Below, one piece after another: positions 45,258 through 55,400 of a stretch of 64,000 nt of DNA. The translations under genes and the position numbers were made by a program. The notes beneath the pieces are model-generated. The model was not told the origin of the DNA. It did not search any database and saw only the letters and a list, made by a program, of their open reading frames with translations. This stretch comes from an uncultured Verrucomicrobiae bacterium (lineage in GTDB: Bacteria > Verrucomicrobiota > Verrucomicrobiia > Limisphaerales > Palsa-1400). The stretch is taken from positions 160,001 to 224,000 of the forward strand of contig CAVXRD010000001.1 in the NCBI GenBank assembly GCA_963764165.1. Reading direction: 5' to 3'. The stretch's first letter is position 1. Each line of letters begins with the position of its first letter.

Positions 45258-48104
45258 TTTCCCTTCGTAGCCGGGCATGTCCACCGCCTCCGGCTCCGGC
45301 CCGGCGTAAGCCAGCTCGTAATTGAAGCGGGCGGCGGTTCCTGGCATCCGATGGCACAGGACGTATTCGAGGCTGACCAGCCGTTCCAGATGGCGGCGCA
45401 CCTGCGCTTCGCCCCATTTCAACTGCTCGCGCATCTCGCGCCGGGTGAGGCGAACGCGCTCCGATGGCATTTTCTTTTCCTCGGCCACTTTATTGACAAG
45501 CGTATTCAAGGCGGCGAGGAACGCCCGCGTCGGCGGCGCCAGTTCGTCCAGGCTGCGCCCCATCACGCCCGCCGCCAGTTGCTGCGCCTGGCGCAAGTCC
45601 TCCTGATCGGCCTCGATGTATTGCACCACCTGGCCCCGGTGCTCGCAGCTTTTGACCGGCTTCTGGAACTGGCGCAAAAAGGCAATGGCTCGGATGAGTC
45701 CAAGATATTTCTTGTGGTCGCGGCGCAGGCGCAGGCGGTCGCTCGGAAAGCGCAGCGTCTCGGCAAACGGGATAATCACTTTCAGCGGTCGCAACAGCCG
45801 TTGGGCCGCGTGATGGGTGGCAAGCACCGCCTGCTTGTCGAGCCGGGAGAGCAGCCCCCGGAGCGTTTCGCTCTGGCGCTGGGCGTCGTGGATGCGCTGC
45901 GTTTGCTCGCGCTCCTCGTCCACCGAGAGCACCAAAAAGCGGTTGGCCAGTTCCTCGTCGAACTCGGCCTGCGTGCTGGTCATGAACTGCGCCACCGGGC
46001 CTTCCACCGTTTTCAACTGCGTGCGCGGCATGCCGCCGTCCGGGTCTTTGACCGTCACGGCCAGCACCAGCTTTTTCTCGCTCTGCAAAATCTTGAGCGG
46101 ATAGGCGGCGCTCTGGCTGCCCTCGTCCTCAACGACCGCCAGAACCTTGTGCTTCAAGCCGTTTTCAGGAAGATAAAACAACGCCTGCGTGGTCATGGCC
46201 GTCAACGCCTCCTTGTCCTCGTCGGGCACGAAGTCAAGTATAGCGTTCAAGAGCGAGGATTTACCGGCGGCGCTGCGGGCCACGATGAGGCCGGAAAGTG
46301 GGTCGTCCAGCTTGCGGCTGATGGCGATGAGGTAGCCCAAAAGCTTGTTGGCATCCTCGCCCACCGTCCCGGCCAGCGCGAAGTCGGCCACGATGCGTTC
46401 CAACAGCTTCGGCTCGCGCAACAGGGCCAGCGCCTTCATTTCCTCCTCCGGCGTCATCACCGGTGCGCCGGTGGCCGTGGCTTTCATGCGTTCAATGATC
46501 TGCTTTTGCTGGTGCTCCTCCACCCGCACCAGGAGCTTGCTCAACTCGGCTTCGACCGTGTTCTTGTCCAGCCCGGCGATCTGCGCGGCCACGCTGGCAA
46601 AGCTGGCGCGGGCGCGGGCCTGGTAAAGATCGAGCGTGTCCACATGCATGGCGTCATGCCGGATGAGGCGCAGATTGACCTTGAGGCTGTCAAAGCTCGT
46701 ATTGCTTGACAGTCCCCGGACGCGATACCTGCGGTCGCTGACGGAGAGTTCGGCCACGCCATCGGGCAAGAAGGCGAAGCCTTCACCCACTGCGCCTGAC
46801 GGCGCGGGCGGGCCGTTCGTTCCGTTTGTTGACAGTGGCGCGACTCTCGGCGCGTGCAAATCCACTGCGCCAACAGCGGCGCTTGGCGCTGGGCAGGCGG
46901 GGCTTGCATCCACTGCGCCTGGCGGCGCGGGTTGGGCTGCGATTGCCTGGGCCGGTTCCGGCACGGCTAAAGGAACAACCTGAATGGCGCTGACCACATT
47001 GGCTGGCAGCAAGCGATAGCTCTTGGCGAAGCATGAGGCCAGATCGCCTTTGGCGTCCTTGGATTGCCTCACTAAATCGTTGGCATCGGACTGGCGCGGC
47101 CATTCCACCCGCCACGCCTCGATGCCCGCCGCTTCCAACTGGTGCGCCAGTTCATTGGCGGCCGTGTTGCCTGGCTCGTCGCTGTCGTAGCAGATCGTCA
47201 CCCGGTCGGGACGGCACGCTTTCAACAGTTCCCAATGGCCGGGCGTGAACCCTCGAACGCCATAGCTCCAGGTCACGCTCTCGAACCCGTGGACGTAAAG
47301 GCTCAAGGCGTCAATGGCCGCTTCGCACAAAAGCCATTCGCGTTTGCCATGCAGTCCCGCCGCGTTCCACACCCCGCTGTGTTTGCCCGGCAGGTAAAGA
47401 TGCGGGCAGGCGTTGCGCACGGGCGCGGTGATGCGCCGCCCATACATTTCGCCGATGCCCGCCGTGGTGAGAACCGGGAACACGACGCACCCGGTCAGGT
47501 GCTCGTGGCCGCTCTCGCGCAGGATGCCCAGCCGCTGCAGCCGGTCGCGCAACGCCTTTCCCGCGCTCGTCCCTTCGGGCGGCAGCCGGTAGGCCAGCGT
47601 GCGGTTGGCGTAACCCAAACGAAAATGTTTGACAGCTTCGGGATGAAAGCAGCCGCGTTTTTGCAGGTACTGCATGGCGGCGGGCTGGTTCAAAAACGTC
47701 TGGTGGTAAAAGTCGGCCACCCGCGAAAGCAGTTGGGCGTCGGTCACTTCCTCGCCGTCGCCGACCAGGCTGGCGTATTGCTTGCCCGATTTCGTTTTGA
47801 CAGTCCCGGCCAGAGGCGTTTTGCCCTCCATTTCCAGCAGCCGCTCCACCGCCCGGCGGAAGGCGATTTTCTCCAGGCGCATGACCAGGTCAATGACGCT
47901 GCCCCCGCCGCAGCCAGCCAGGCAGTTCCACAGGTTTTTCTCCGGCGTGACGATGAACGAGGGCGTTTCGTCCTGATGGAACGGGCAGCGCGCCGCCAGG
48001 TCTTTGCCGTGCTTCTCCAGCTTGAGGCCGTAATGCTCGCACAGGCGGGTCAGCGCGAACTCCGTTTTAAGCCGGGCCACTTCCTGTTCGCTAATCCATT
48101 TCAT
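45246..48104 (-). CDS. CHC2-TOPRIM primase/ATPase, copy 2
   Basis: Same motifs as copy 1; differs mainly in the Pro/Ala linker. Confidence 0.9.
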   Translation of the reverse strand: MKWISEQEVARLKTEFALTRLCEHYGLKLEKHGKDLAARCPFHQDETPSFIVTPEKNLWNCLAGCGGGSVIDLVMRLEKIAFRRAVERLLEMEGKTPLAGTVKTKSGKQYASLVGDGEEVTDAQLLSRVADFYHQTFLNQPAAMQYLQKRGCFHPEAVKHFRLGYANRTLAYRLPPEGTSAGKALRDRLQRLGILRESGHEHLTGCVVFPVLTTAGIGEMYGRRITAPVRNACPHLYLPGKHSGVWNAAGLHGKREWLLCEAAIDALSLYVHGFESVTWSYGVRGFTPGHWELLKACRPDRVTICYDSDEPGNTAANELAHQLEAAGIEAWRVEWPRQSDANDLVRQSKDAKGDLASCFAKSYRLLPANVVSAIQVVPLAVPEPAQAIAAQPAPPGAVDASPACPAPSAAVGAVDLHAPRVAPLSTNGTNGPPAPSGAVGEGFAFLPDGVAELSVSDRRYRVRGLSSNTSFDSLKVNLRLIRHDAMHVDTLDLYQARARASFASVAAQIAGLDKNTVEAELSKLLVRVEEHQQKQIIERMKATATGAPVMTPEEEMKALALLREPKLLERIVADFALAGTVGEDANKLLGYLIAISRKLDDPLSGLIVARSAAGKSSLLNAILDFVPDEDKEALTAMTTQALFYLPENGLKHKVLAVVEDEGSQSAAYPLKILQSEKKLVLAVTVKDPDGGMPRTQLKTVEGPVAQFMTSTQAEFDEELANRFLVLSVDEEREQTQRIHDAQRQSETLRGLLSRLDKQAVLATHHAAQRLLRPLKVIIPFAETLRFPSDRLRLRRDHKKYLGLIRAIAFLRQFQKPVKSCEHRGQVVQYIEADQEDLRQAQQLAAGVMGRSLDELAPPTRAFLAALNTLVNKVAEEKKMPSERVRLTRREMREQLKWGEAQVRRHLERLVSLEYVLCHRMPGTAARFNYELAYAGPEPEAVDMPGYEGKSSA

Positions 48105-48526
48105 GGTGCTTGCGCACGGCCACCATTAAAGGAAACCCATTCGCCGGTTTTCGGGTTCCAGCATCCCCGCAGCCCGTCGGTGTCAAGAAGATGATGCCAG
48201 CGTCTTTCAGCGGTCGCGGGCGAACGGAGCGCGAGCTTGATCATGCGCTGGCCCCGGTCGTACCAGCCGCAGAGGGATTTAAGCCGGTCGTCCCATCCGT
48301 GCTGATAGGCTTCGCGCACGGTCAACCGTCCCAAGGCCGCCAGTTCCTTGCCCACGCCCGCCGCCAGCGCGTCCCGCTCCCAATCGTCCCAGGGATAATG
48401 GCCGTAACTGCATTCGAGGACTTCCGAACCGAAGATGTCCAGCGGTCGCCGGAACTTTTTCATGGTGGGCCGTGGTCTGGCCAAACCCGTCAAGCCTGTT
48501 TCGGAAGATTTTGACATGAGGCGCAT
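48101..48526 (-). CDS. Hypothetical protein, copy 2
   Basis: Identical to 40493-40918. Confidence 0.65.
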   Translation of the reverse strand: MRLMSKSSETGLTGLARPRPTMKKFRRPLDIFGSEVLECSYGHYPWDDWERDALAAGVGKELAALGRLTVREAYQHGWDDRLKSLCGWYDRGQRMIKLALRSPATAERRWHHLLDTDGLRGCWNPKTGEWVSFNGGRAQAP

Positions 48527-48595
48527 TTAGCGGTATTTCGTATAACTGTGCAAGCACTTTCGTATATTTCGCCAGATTGCCTTTATGATTCGGAG

Positions 48596-48967
48596 ATGAC
48601 AACGGGACGACCCGCATCGAAACCCCGCACTGTGTTGGGCCAGCGTATCTCCGAGGCTCGCCAGTTGGCTGGCCTGACTCAGCAGGCACTTGCCGACAAG
48701 GTCAACGTGTCTCAGCGCGTGATCGCCTACTGGGAGCGCGAAGCTGTTTCTTTGAGGGCAGACCAAATTAATGCTCTTGCCAGTGCGCTCAATGTGACGG
48801 CAGATGCTCTCCTGGGGCGCAAAGCCCCTCGCGGCGGCGGGCCGGTCGGAAAAGCACGGCGCATGTTTGAAGAAGTAAATAAACTGCCGCGTGACCGACA
48901 ACAGCATGTTCTGCGCGTGGTCGAAGATCTGTTGAAAGCCAACCGTCCTGAAAAAGCAGCCGCTTAA
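48596..48967 (+). CDS. XRE-family HTH repressor, copy 2
   Basis: Identical protein to 40988-41359. Confidence 0.9.
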   Translation: MTTGRPASKPRTVLGQRISEARQLAGLTQQALADKVNVSQRVIAYWEREAVSLRADQINALASALNVTADALLGRKAPRGGGPVGKARRMFEEVNKLPRDRQQHVLRVVEDLLKANRPEKAAA

Positions 48968-49273
48968 ACGCCCGCCCCGTTCCCGAGCAGTGGCGAGCAG
49001 TGGGCGGATTCTGGGCGAGTAGTGAAAGGATGGTGGCCCCGCCGCTTGACGGTCTGCCGGGCCTGTGCGATTGTCCCACCGTTGGAGCGATTGAAAACGG
49101 CTTTGATGTGATTCCTTGGACGCCCGCGAGCGTCAGGTAAAGTTGTGATGCGTTTCTAAGTCTCCTCTCTTGTGTGGCCCGTGCGGCCTTTTCCCCGTTG
49201 GGGTTTTTAACTGTTGGTTTCCAGCCTGGGGCGCGTGTGCGCCTTGGGCCGGAACCATTCGCATTGCCGTTTT

Positions 49274-50128
49274 ATGCTCGCGCCTTTTGAAGTTATTGGC
49301 CACCGCGTCCAGGCCGCCGCCGGACACGGCGCTTTGTCGTTTGAACGGGTGCTGGTCCTGGCGGACGCGGACCCGTTCTGCCCGTTGCGCCAGACAGTGG
49401 ATTACGCCCTGTCGCCGGATGAGGCCGGGCTTCCCGCTGGCCAGTGGCTGGGCCGCGTCCTGCTCCTGGGCATCCATGACATGGCCACCGGCTACGGCGG
49501 GCGCTTGCGCTTCGAGGGCCGCATCATGGGGGCGCAAACTCAGCGCGAGAACCTGGCGGCGCTGCCCGCCCCGGCCCACACCGGCACGCCCCGCCGCCGT
49601 TCCTTGGAAAGCCCCGATCTGCTCATGCTCTGCGGCGAGGCCTGGCAGTTCTTTGGCACGCTCACCTTCAAGCAGGAGCGGCTGCCGGAGCGCGTGCGCC
49701 AGTCCATGTTCAACGCCGCCTTCCGCCAACTGGCCAAAGAACTGCATCTCTATTTTCCCCGTTTGGCCTGGTGCCGCCGGGAAGAGCTGGGCGAGCAGTT
49801 GGGGCGGCGGCATTATCACTTTCTGTTGACAGGACTCCCGGCCCGGGCCGCGAACATCTCCACCTGCTTTTTTCTCATGCACGCATGGGAGAAGATCGGC
49901 GGCGGGATGGCGCGTGTCCGGCTGTACAACCAGGGGCAGGACGGCCTGGCGTACATCACGAAGTGCCTCCACGGCGGCGACGCCTACGAGACTTCCAAGT
50001 TCGCGGAGGGCCTGTCACACCTCACGCTCTCAGACGGGTTGCAGCGCATGTTGCGCTCCCGTCCAGTGATGGGAGAGAGGCGTCTTGCACAACGCGACAC
50101 GCCGACAGCGGGCGGCTTTCCTGCGTAG
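49274..50128 (+). CDS. HUH Rep-like protein, copy 2, with N-terminal extension (start uncertain)
   Basis: FFGTLTF, RRHYHFLL, LAYITK, YETSKF. Confidence 0.75.
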   Translation: MLAPFEVIGHRVQAAAGHGALSFERVLVLADADPFCPLRQTVDYALSPDEAGLPAGQWLGRVLLLGIHDMATGYGGRLRFEGRIMGAQTQRENLAALPAPAHTGTPRRRSLESPDLLMLCGEAWQFFGTLTFKQERLPERVRQSMFNAAFRQLAKELHLYFPRLAWCRREELGEQLGRRHYHFLLTGLPARAANISTCFFLMHAWEKIGGGMARVRLYNQGQDGLAYITKCLHGGDAYETSKFAEGLSHLTLSDGLQRMLRSRPVMGERRLAQRDTPTAGGFPA

Positions 50129-50234
50129 GGAAACGCTCTCTGGCAGCAAGGCCAATGGCCGGTTGTGACTTCCAAGCGGTTCCTGGGGGGCGGGCGGAGC
50201 GGCGCGTCAGCGCCGCTCGCCCGTCCCACAGGTT

Positions 50235-50395
50235 GCTTGAAGACCCACTATGTACACACCCGGTCAACCACCCTGGCGGTCGGATGCCAAAAGCCGGACC
50301 CAGCACGGCTAAAAAGGAAAATTGCCACGCCCTGCGTGGCCCTGCTCATCCCCCATTCCCAAACAACTAGCCCAGCGGCAATGAGCGATTCAAAA
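50235..50395 (+). repeat. Conserved ~160 bp non-coding element, copy 3
   Basis: See 34727; preceded by a GC hairpin at ~50183-50232. Confidence 0.9.
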
Positions 50396-50438
50396 ATGGC
50401 GCGAACAAGTCGAAAATCAAACGGCTTATGTTTGACGG

Positions 50439-50981
50439 TCAACCGCCAAGACTTTTTGCCAGTTGAGCCACTCGATAGTCTTCCATCAGGCTGAGGCAAA
50501 CTTCCTCCATCGGTGGAAAGTCTATTGTAAACAAAGGTCGCAGGGCGTTGGCAAAATCAGGTAAGGTCAAATCGCCAAAGCCAGTGGCCAACGCCGTTAA
50601 GGTCACTTTTTTAGCTGCCAGTTCCGCCGCCATCCGCAAAGCCGTGGCAATGGTTTCTTGAACGCTTTCCGGCGTCGCGTGATACCAGCCGTCCACCGCC
50701 ACCGCATGAAGCACCGCCTTATAGGGAAGCTCCGACCCGGAATACGCAATCACTTCACCGAACCGGGCGGCGCGTGGCGTCCGTCCTGCAATGACCTTGT
50801 GCAATTCGGCCTGCATCCGTGGCCCATATCGCCCCAGCAAATCCGCCCCCACGCCGCCGGAAAGATTCAACGAGACGTTGGCCGAGCAAATCAGCACGTC
50901 CGCTGGCTCGTCCAAAATGTTGCACGCCTTTAACGTCCATCTGATGAACTTCGGCTGAAAAGTTGCGGTCGCTGCTTGCAA
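50439..50981 (-). CDS. Macro-domain protein
   Basis: ILDEPADVLICSANVSLNLSGGVGA..VLHAV..ALATGFG macro-domain signature. Confidence 0.85.
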   Translation of the reverse strand: MQAATATFQPKFIRWTLKACNILDEPADVLICSANVSLNLSGGVGADLLGRYGPRMQAELHKVIAGRTPRAARFGEVIAYSGSELPYKAVLHAVAVDGWYHATPESVQETIATALRMAAELAAKKVTLTALATGFGDLTLPDFANALRPLFTIDFPPMEEVCLSLMEDYRVAQLAKSLGG

Positions 50982-51299
50982 TTAGCCCTCAACCGCAAAA
51001 GTGATGGTTTTGACCGCTTCAGTCAGAACAACAGCTTGCGTTGAGCGAGCAACCCCCGCCGTTTGCCCCTTGGCCAACTTGAGAACAATGTGGCTGAATG
51101 GCTCGCCCGGATTTTCAGATTCCCGAAACCCAACCTCTGCGTCGTCAGGGACATCAAGCACCGACCCAATTTGTACCCCCGACGGAACCAATGCGGCTGG
51201 CAGCAGAATGGTTACTGGCTCATTAGCCGTTAGCCGCAGTCCCTTCGGCCAGCCAAACGCTTTGTTTGACTCAATCTGAACTGTGCGGGCTTGATTCAT
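50982..51299 (-). CDS. Hypothetical protein (possible orphan immunity)
   Basis: 105 aa ATG ORF tightly packed between neighbours. Confidence 0.55.
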   Translation of the reverse strand: MNQARTVQIESNKAFGWPKGLRLTANEPVTILLPAALVPSGVQIGSVLDVPDDAEVGFRESENPGEPFSHIVLKLAKGQTAGVARSTQAVVLTEAVKTITFAVEG

Positions 51300-51462
51300 T
51301 TAATTGCCTCCCGAAAGATACCGTATATCATCCGGCATCACTCCCTGTTGTTGCGTGACATACTCTGTCCAAAATGACCTTGGAAATTCTTGCACATTCG
51401 ACAATTTGGACGGACTGACAACTGCTGCTGCGCCAATATTCTGACTGCTCCCGGCGAGATCA

Positions 51463-52413
51463 TCAATGGATGCCTGCTGTAACTTTGTCAACCTCGAGTC
51501 CCTTTAACAGCTTCGGTGCAACATCAAAAAACCTTCGAATAAAAATTATCGCGTAATCACACGCGCTTTCCACCTCGTCATTTGTAAGATACTCCCATTC
51601 CGTCGGTCCGACCCCAAGCCATGAACAAAAAGATATATTCTGTTGCATGGACAAACACTTGCTGTATGTACCCTTCGTGGCTGGAAATAAAAACATATTC
51701 TCGCTGAAAATATCGTGGGAATATTCAATCACCGCATCATCTCGACCAAAGTGAAAATTTGTGCTTACAATCCATCCTCCAATACTTGTTTCAAAATGTG
51801 GCTCTGGATCATTAAGCTGCCAGTCTAATATCCTTTGGTTTTTAAATGTGCTTCTGAATTTTCCCAACATCTGCTTACGGAGCATTTTCCTGCTGGCGAA
51901 GCTGATTTTTTCGCCAGCAGCTCGTCGTGCCGCAATTTGCTCTTCAAATGTTTGAGGAATGGAGGCAACAATAGGCTCAATTTTTGACAGAATGGCGTTA
52001 TCATCGTCCACGTAGATTTCCCCGATGAATTTCTCAAAATCCGGCCGACACATCTGAAATACCGTTAGCGCCTCGGCTGCTTTTCCCTCTCTTTTGAGCC
52101 GTAGCACGTGCCGATATAGCCCTTTGATTCGAAAAATATTATCACACTGCAACAGCAAAAGCTCGTCACTTTGAGAACACTTATCGCCCAAGTCCTGAAC
52201 CACGTTACAAAAATTTCTCCTAAGAAGTCCATCAATCAAGGTCAACTGCTGCGTCCTGTTCAGTTGTGTAATAAATTGACTTACCTCCCAAACGATCCCG
52301 GACTTAAACAACCGAAGATTGGAAAACGACAAGTCAATCTCGTTCCGCCATTCACTGGCAGCCCATAAGTAAAATCGAACTTGAAACTCGCGGCGCGCTT
52401 CTGAAAACGTCAT
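51463..52413 (-). CDS. Putative immunity protein for the REase-like tip
   Basis: Low-GC 316 aa ORF starting 16 bp after the RHS stop. Confidence 0.6.
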   Translation of the reverse strand: MTFSEARREFQVRFYLWAASEWRNEIDLSFSNLRLFKSGIVWEVSQFITQLNRTQQLTLIDGLLRRNFCNVVQDLGDKCSQSDELLLLQCDNIFRIKGLYRHVLRLKREGKAAEALTVFQMCRPDFEKFIGEIYVDDDNAILSKIEPIVASIPQTFEEQIAARRAAGEKISFASRKMLRKQMLGKFRSTFKNQRILDWQLNDPEPHFETSIGGWIVSTNFHFGRDDAVIEYSHDIFSENMFLFPATKGTYSKCLSMQQNISFCSWLGVGPTEWEYLTNDEVESACDYAIIFIRRFFDVAPKLLKGLEVDKVTAGIH

Positions 52414-52429
52414 ACGGATCTCGGCTGGC

Positions 52430-55400
52430 TCATGGGGCTCCCTCCTCAGCAGTCTCGGCTGCAATTCCCTCTGAATCTTCGATGTCGGCCCCTTGTGCTC
52501 GCGTTGTGGACGATGCAAACTTTTGCGAAACTGATTGCAGTGAATTATATGTGATCAACCCCAATACCGGCGGCGTGACCACCACAAAGAATGGCGGCAC
52601 AGGAACGGTAAAGCTGAGCGGTGGAGTATACTCAGCAGCGCTTCCCACATGCCAGCCGCCCTGTGGATCTATCGCTTTAAACACTACCATGTATCCTGCA
52701 AGCTGAGCTGCGCCCGCCAACAGTCCTTTAGCGTTTCCAGGTTTTATTTCGAAGACTGATTTTTGCTCCACGTTAACCAGATCGGGCAACGCTTGTTCAA
52801 TTAAGCGAGCCTTACCCAATAGTTTAAGGGCTCTCAGAATAGACTTGCCAGTAAGACCATTTAACTCTCCAAACTTGCGCCGAAAATCCGCCATGATAAC
52901 TTTTTCCACCGCTTTCCCAAAAATTGCAGCCGGGCTGTTTCCCGATGTTGAAGACGCCGCAAATCCCGACAGGTCAGTCATATTGACGGGGTCGGCTTGG
53001 CAATAGATATATTTATGAAGCGACAGCGGACCTTCGTTATCCCCTTCGTCGGTATCCATCGTCCAAAACCTACCGAGTTTTGGGTCATAATTGCGGGCGC
53101 GGAGGTAGTATTGCTGCAAGTCCGGGTCCCATTGCTGACCGGTGTAGCGGTAGTTGCTTATCGTGCTGTCGGTGCTGTTGAGCAGGTTGGCCTCGTTCCC
53201 CACCGCGTCATAGGTGTAACTGGTCACGTTCGGCGAAGAAATCGTGCTGTTGGTCACGAACGCCAGCCGCCCAAGATAATCGTAGGCATATTCCAAACTC
53301 ACATCCGCCGTGCTCGAGTTGGTCGCCGGCCCGTTGGTTGTGATCGGCACGGTCAAAAAGCCCGAGATGCTCAGAATGTGGTTATCGGGTGTCCATGTAT
53401 AACTCAACTCTTCCAAGTCGTACATCGAAGCTTTCTGCGTTAGGCGATTGAGCCCGTCGTAATTGTAACTGTACGATTGCGTGGTAACGCCGCCCACCTT
53501 GACCGTCACGCTGCTGCGCTGCCCGCCAGCGGTATAGGTGTAAGTCTCCACCGTGTTGGTTTCACCCGCGTTGATCGGAGGGAGCGATTTCGTGGCCATC
53601 CGGCCCATCACGTCCTCGGTCGTAACGATGGTTTTGCCTCGGAAATCGGTCACGGAAGTTTGCTGGACATTGATGCTTGAGCCGTTGGTCAGAGGCACAT
53701 CGGCGTAGGCGGTGATTTCAGTAGAACCGTCCGGCAAAATTCTCGCGGTGCGGCGGCTCAACGCGTCATATTCGTATTGCGTCAGATTCCCATTGGCGTC
53801 GCTCTGCGAAAGCTGGTTGCCGCGCTCGTCATAGGTGTACTGGTAGGTCAGTTGACCGGAAGAAGCTGTGTCCAGGATGACTGAGGTCAGCAATCCACGG
53901 TAATCGTAGGTGTAGGCAGTCTTAACTCCCGCCTCGTCTGTCGTCCCAATTTTGTTCCCGGCCCCGTCATACGCAATGGCCGTCTGATGGCGCGTCCCGT
54001 CGGCCAGCACGGGATACGTCGTCAATATCAGCCGATTGGCCGTGTCATAGAGGTAATCGGTCTTGTTCGTTTTGGCATCGATCATTTCGATCTGGTTGCC
54101 ATTGGGGTCGTAAAAATACTGCGTCGAGTTCGTGCCGCCGGTGGGCGCGATGGTTTGATTGATGCTCGACAGGTTCACCGTGTAATTGGTGTAAACCAGC
54201 ACGTTGGTGCGGCGTCCGGCGGCATCGTAATTGTATTGCGTGACGTTGCCATTGGCGGCCATGGAATATTGCACACGGCCGGCCAGATCATAGACCGTCC
54301 GCGTAAAGGACACAAGCGTTCCCGCAGCCGTGTTGGTCATTCCGTAAATCGTGTCCGCGCCCGAGCGGGTGATCAAACTTGAGTTGATCGCCTTGGCCAA
54401 AATCACACCCGAAAGCCGCTCCATGCAAACGACCCGCCCTGCTCCGTCGTAAACATTCAAGCTCGCGGCATTGGTGGTCGCGCCGCCGGTGCCAGGCACC
54501 GACCGATCTTGCGTGTAAAGAACATGATTCAACTCGTCATACGTCATGCGCGACACCGTCCCGTCCGGATACGCCGTTTCGATCAAATTCCCCGCCGCGT
54601 CGTAGGTGTTGGTGGTGGAGCGATTGTCCACGTCCGTCGTGATGTAGGGATGCCCGGCGTGGTCATAAATGGTCGTGTTGGTGCGGCCAATCGGATCAAT
54701 TGTGGCCACCAGGCGATTCTCCGCGTCATATTGGTATTGCGTCACGATGGGCGTGTTCGGAACGCCATTGACGGTCGCCGTCGTGGTCTCGGAAGTCCGA
54801 TTGCCGTTGGCGTCGTAAGTGTAACTGGTGGTCGAGACAGGCATCCCGCTGCCGGACGGCCATTGCTGGGTCATGGACGCGACTTCGCCGGAACTGTTCG
54901 GCTGCGGCTGGCCGCTGCCGGGATAATAGGTGTAGGAGGTCGTCACCGGATATGACACGCCTGGCGATTGCTGCGTCGAGCTGGCCACCAACCCGCCCGC
55001 CGCCACCCCGTTGATTCCCATGATCACCGGCGCGTAAGTCATCGACGATTGCGAACCCGTCGGATCCTGCGATTGCAGCAGATTGCCGTTGGACTGATCG
55101 TAAACATTGGTCGTGCCGTTGCCATTGGCGTCCGTTGAGAGGGTCGGCTGCCCCATCACGTTCAACTGCACCGACGTCGAATTTCCCAGCGCATCCGATT
55201 GGCTGATGGGCCGGTTCAAATAATCATAACCTGTCGATTGCGTATTGCCATAGCTGTCTGTTTGCGCTGTGACATTGCCCTTTGAATCATACGTATAAGC
55301 CGTGCCCAAATAGCCGGGTGCGGTGATCGGTTGCAGCACGGCGCCCACAGCGCCCGAGGATGTATAATTGACGGTCACCGTCTGGTTCGTCCCACTGACA

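Larger units (their letters stand above)
43700..53062. mobile_element. Integrative element 2 (9.4 kb) supplying the current tip of the RHS gene
   Basis: Bounded by GGTATCCATCGT at 43688-43699 and 53051-53062; backbone nearly identical to element 1. Confidence 0.72.

Noticed and set aside
36330..48104. Calling the primase/integrase units a prophage or the housekeeping xerC/dnaG
   Set aside because: No capsid, terminase or tail genes; the genes are duplicated, and the primase has an extra ATPase domain unlike chromosomal DnaG.
36552..48194. Long plus-strand ORFs opposite the primase and integrase genes
   Set aside because: Antisense shadows typical of high-GC coding DNA.
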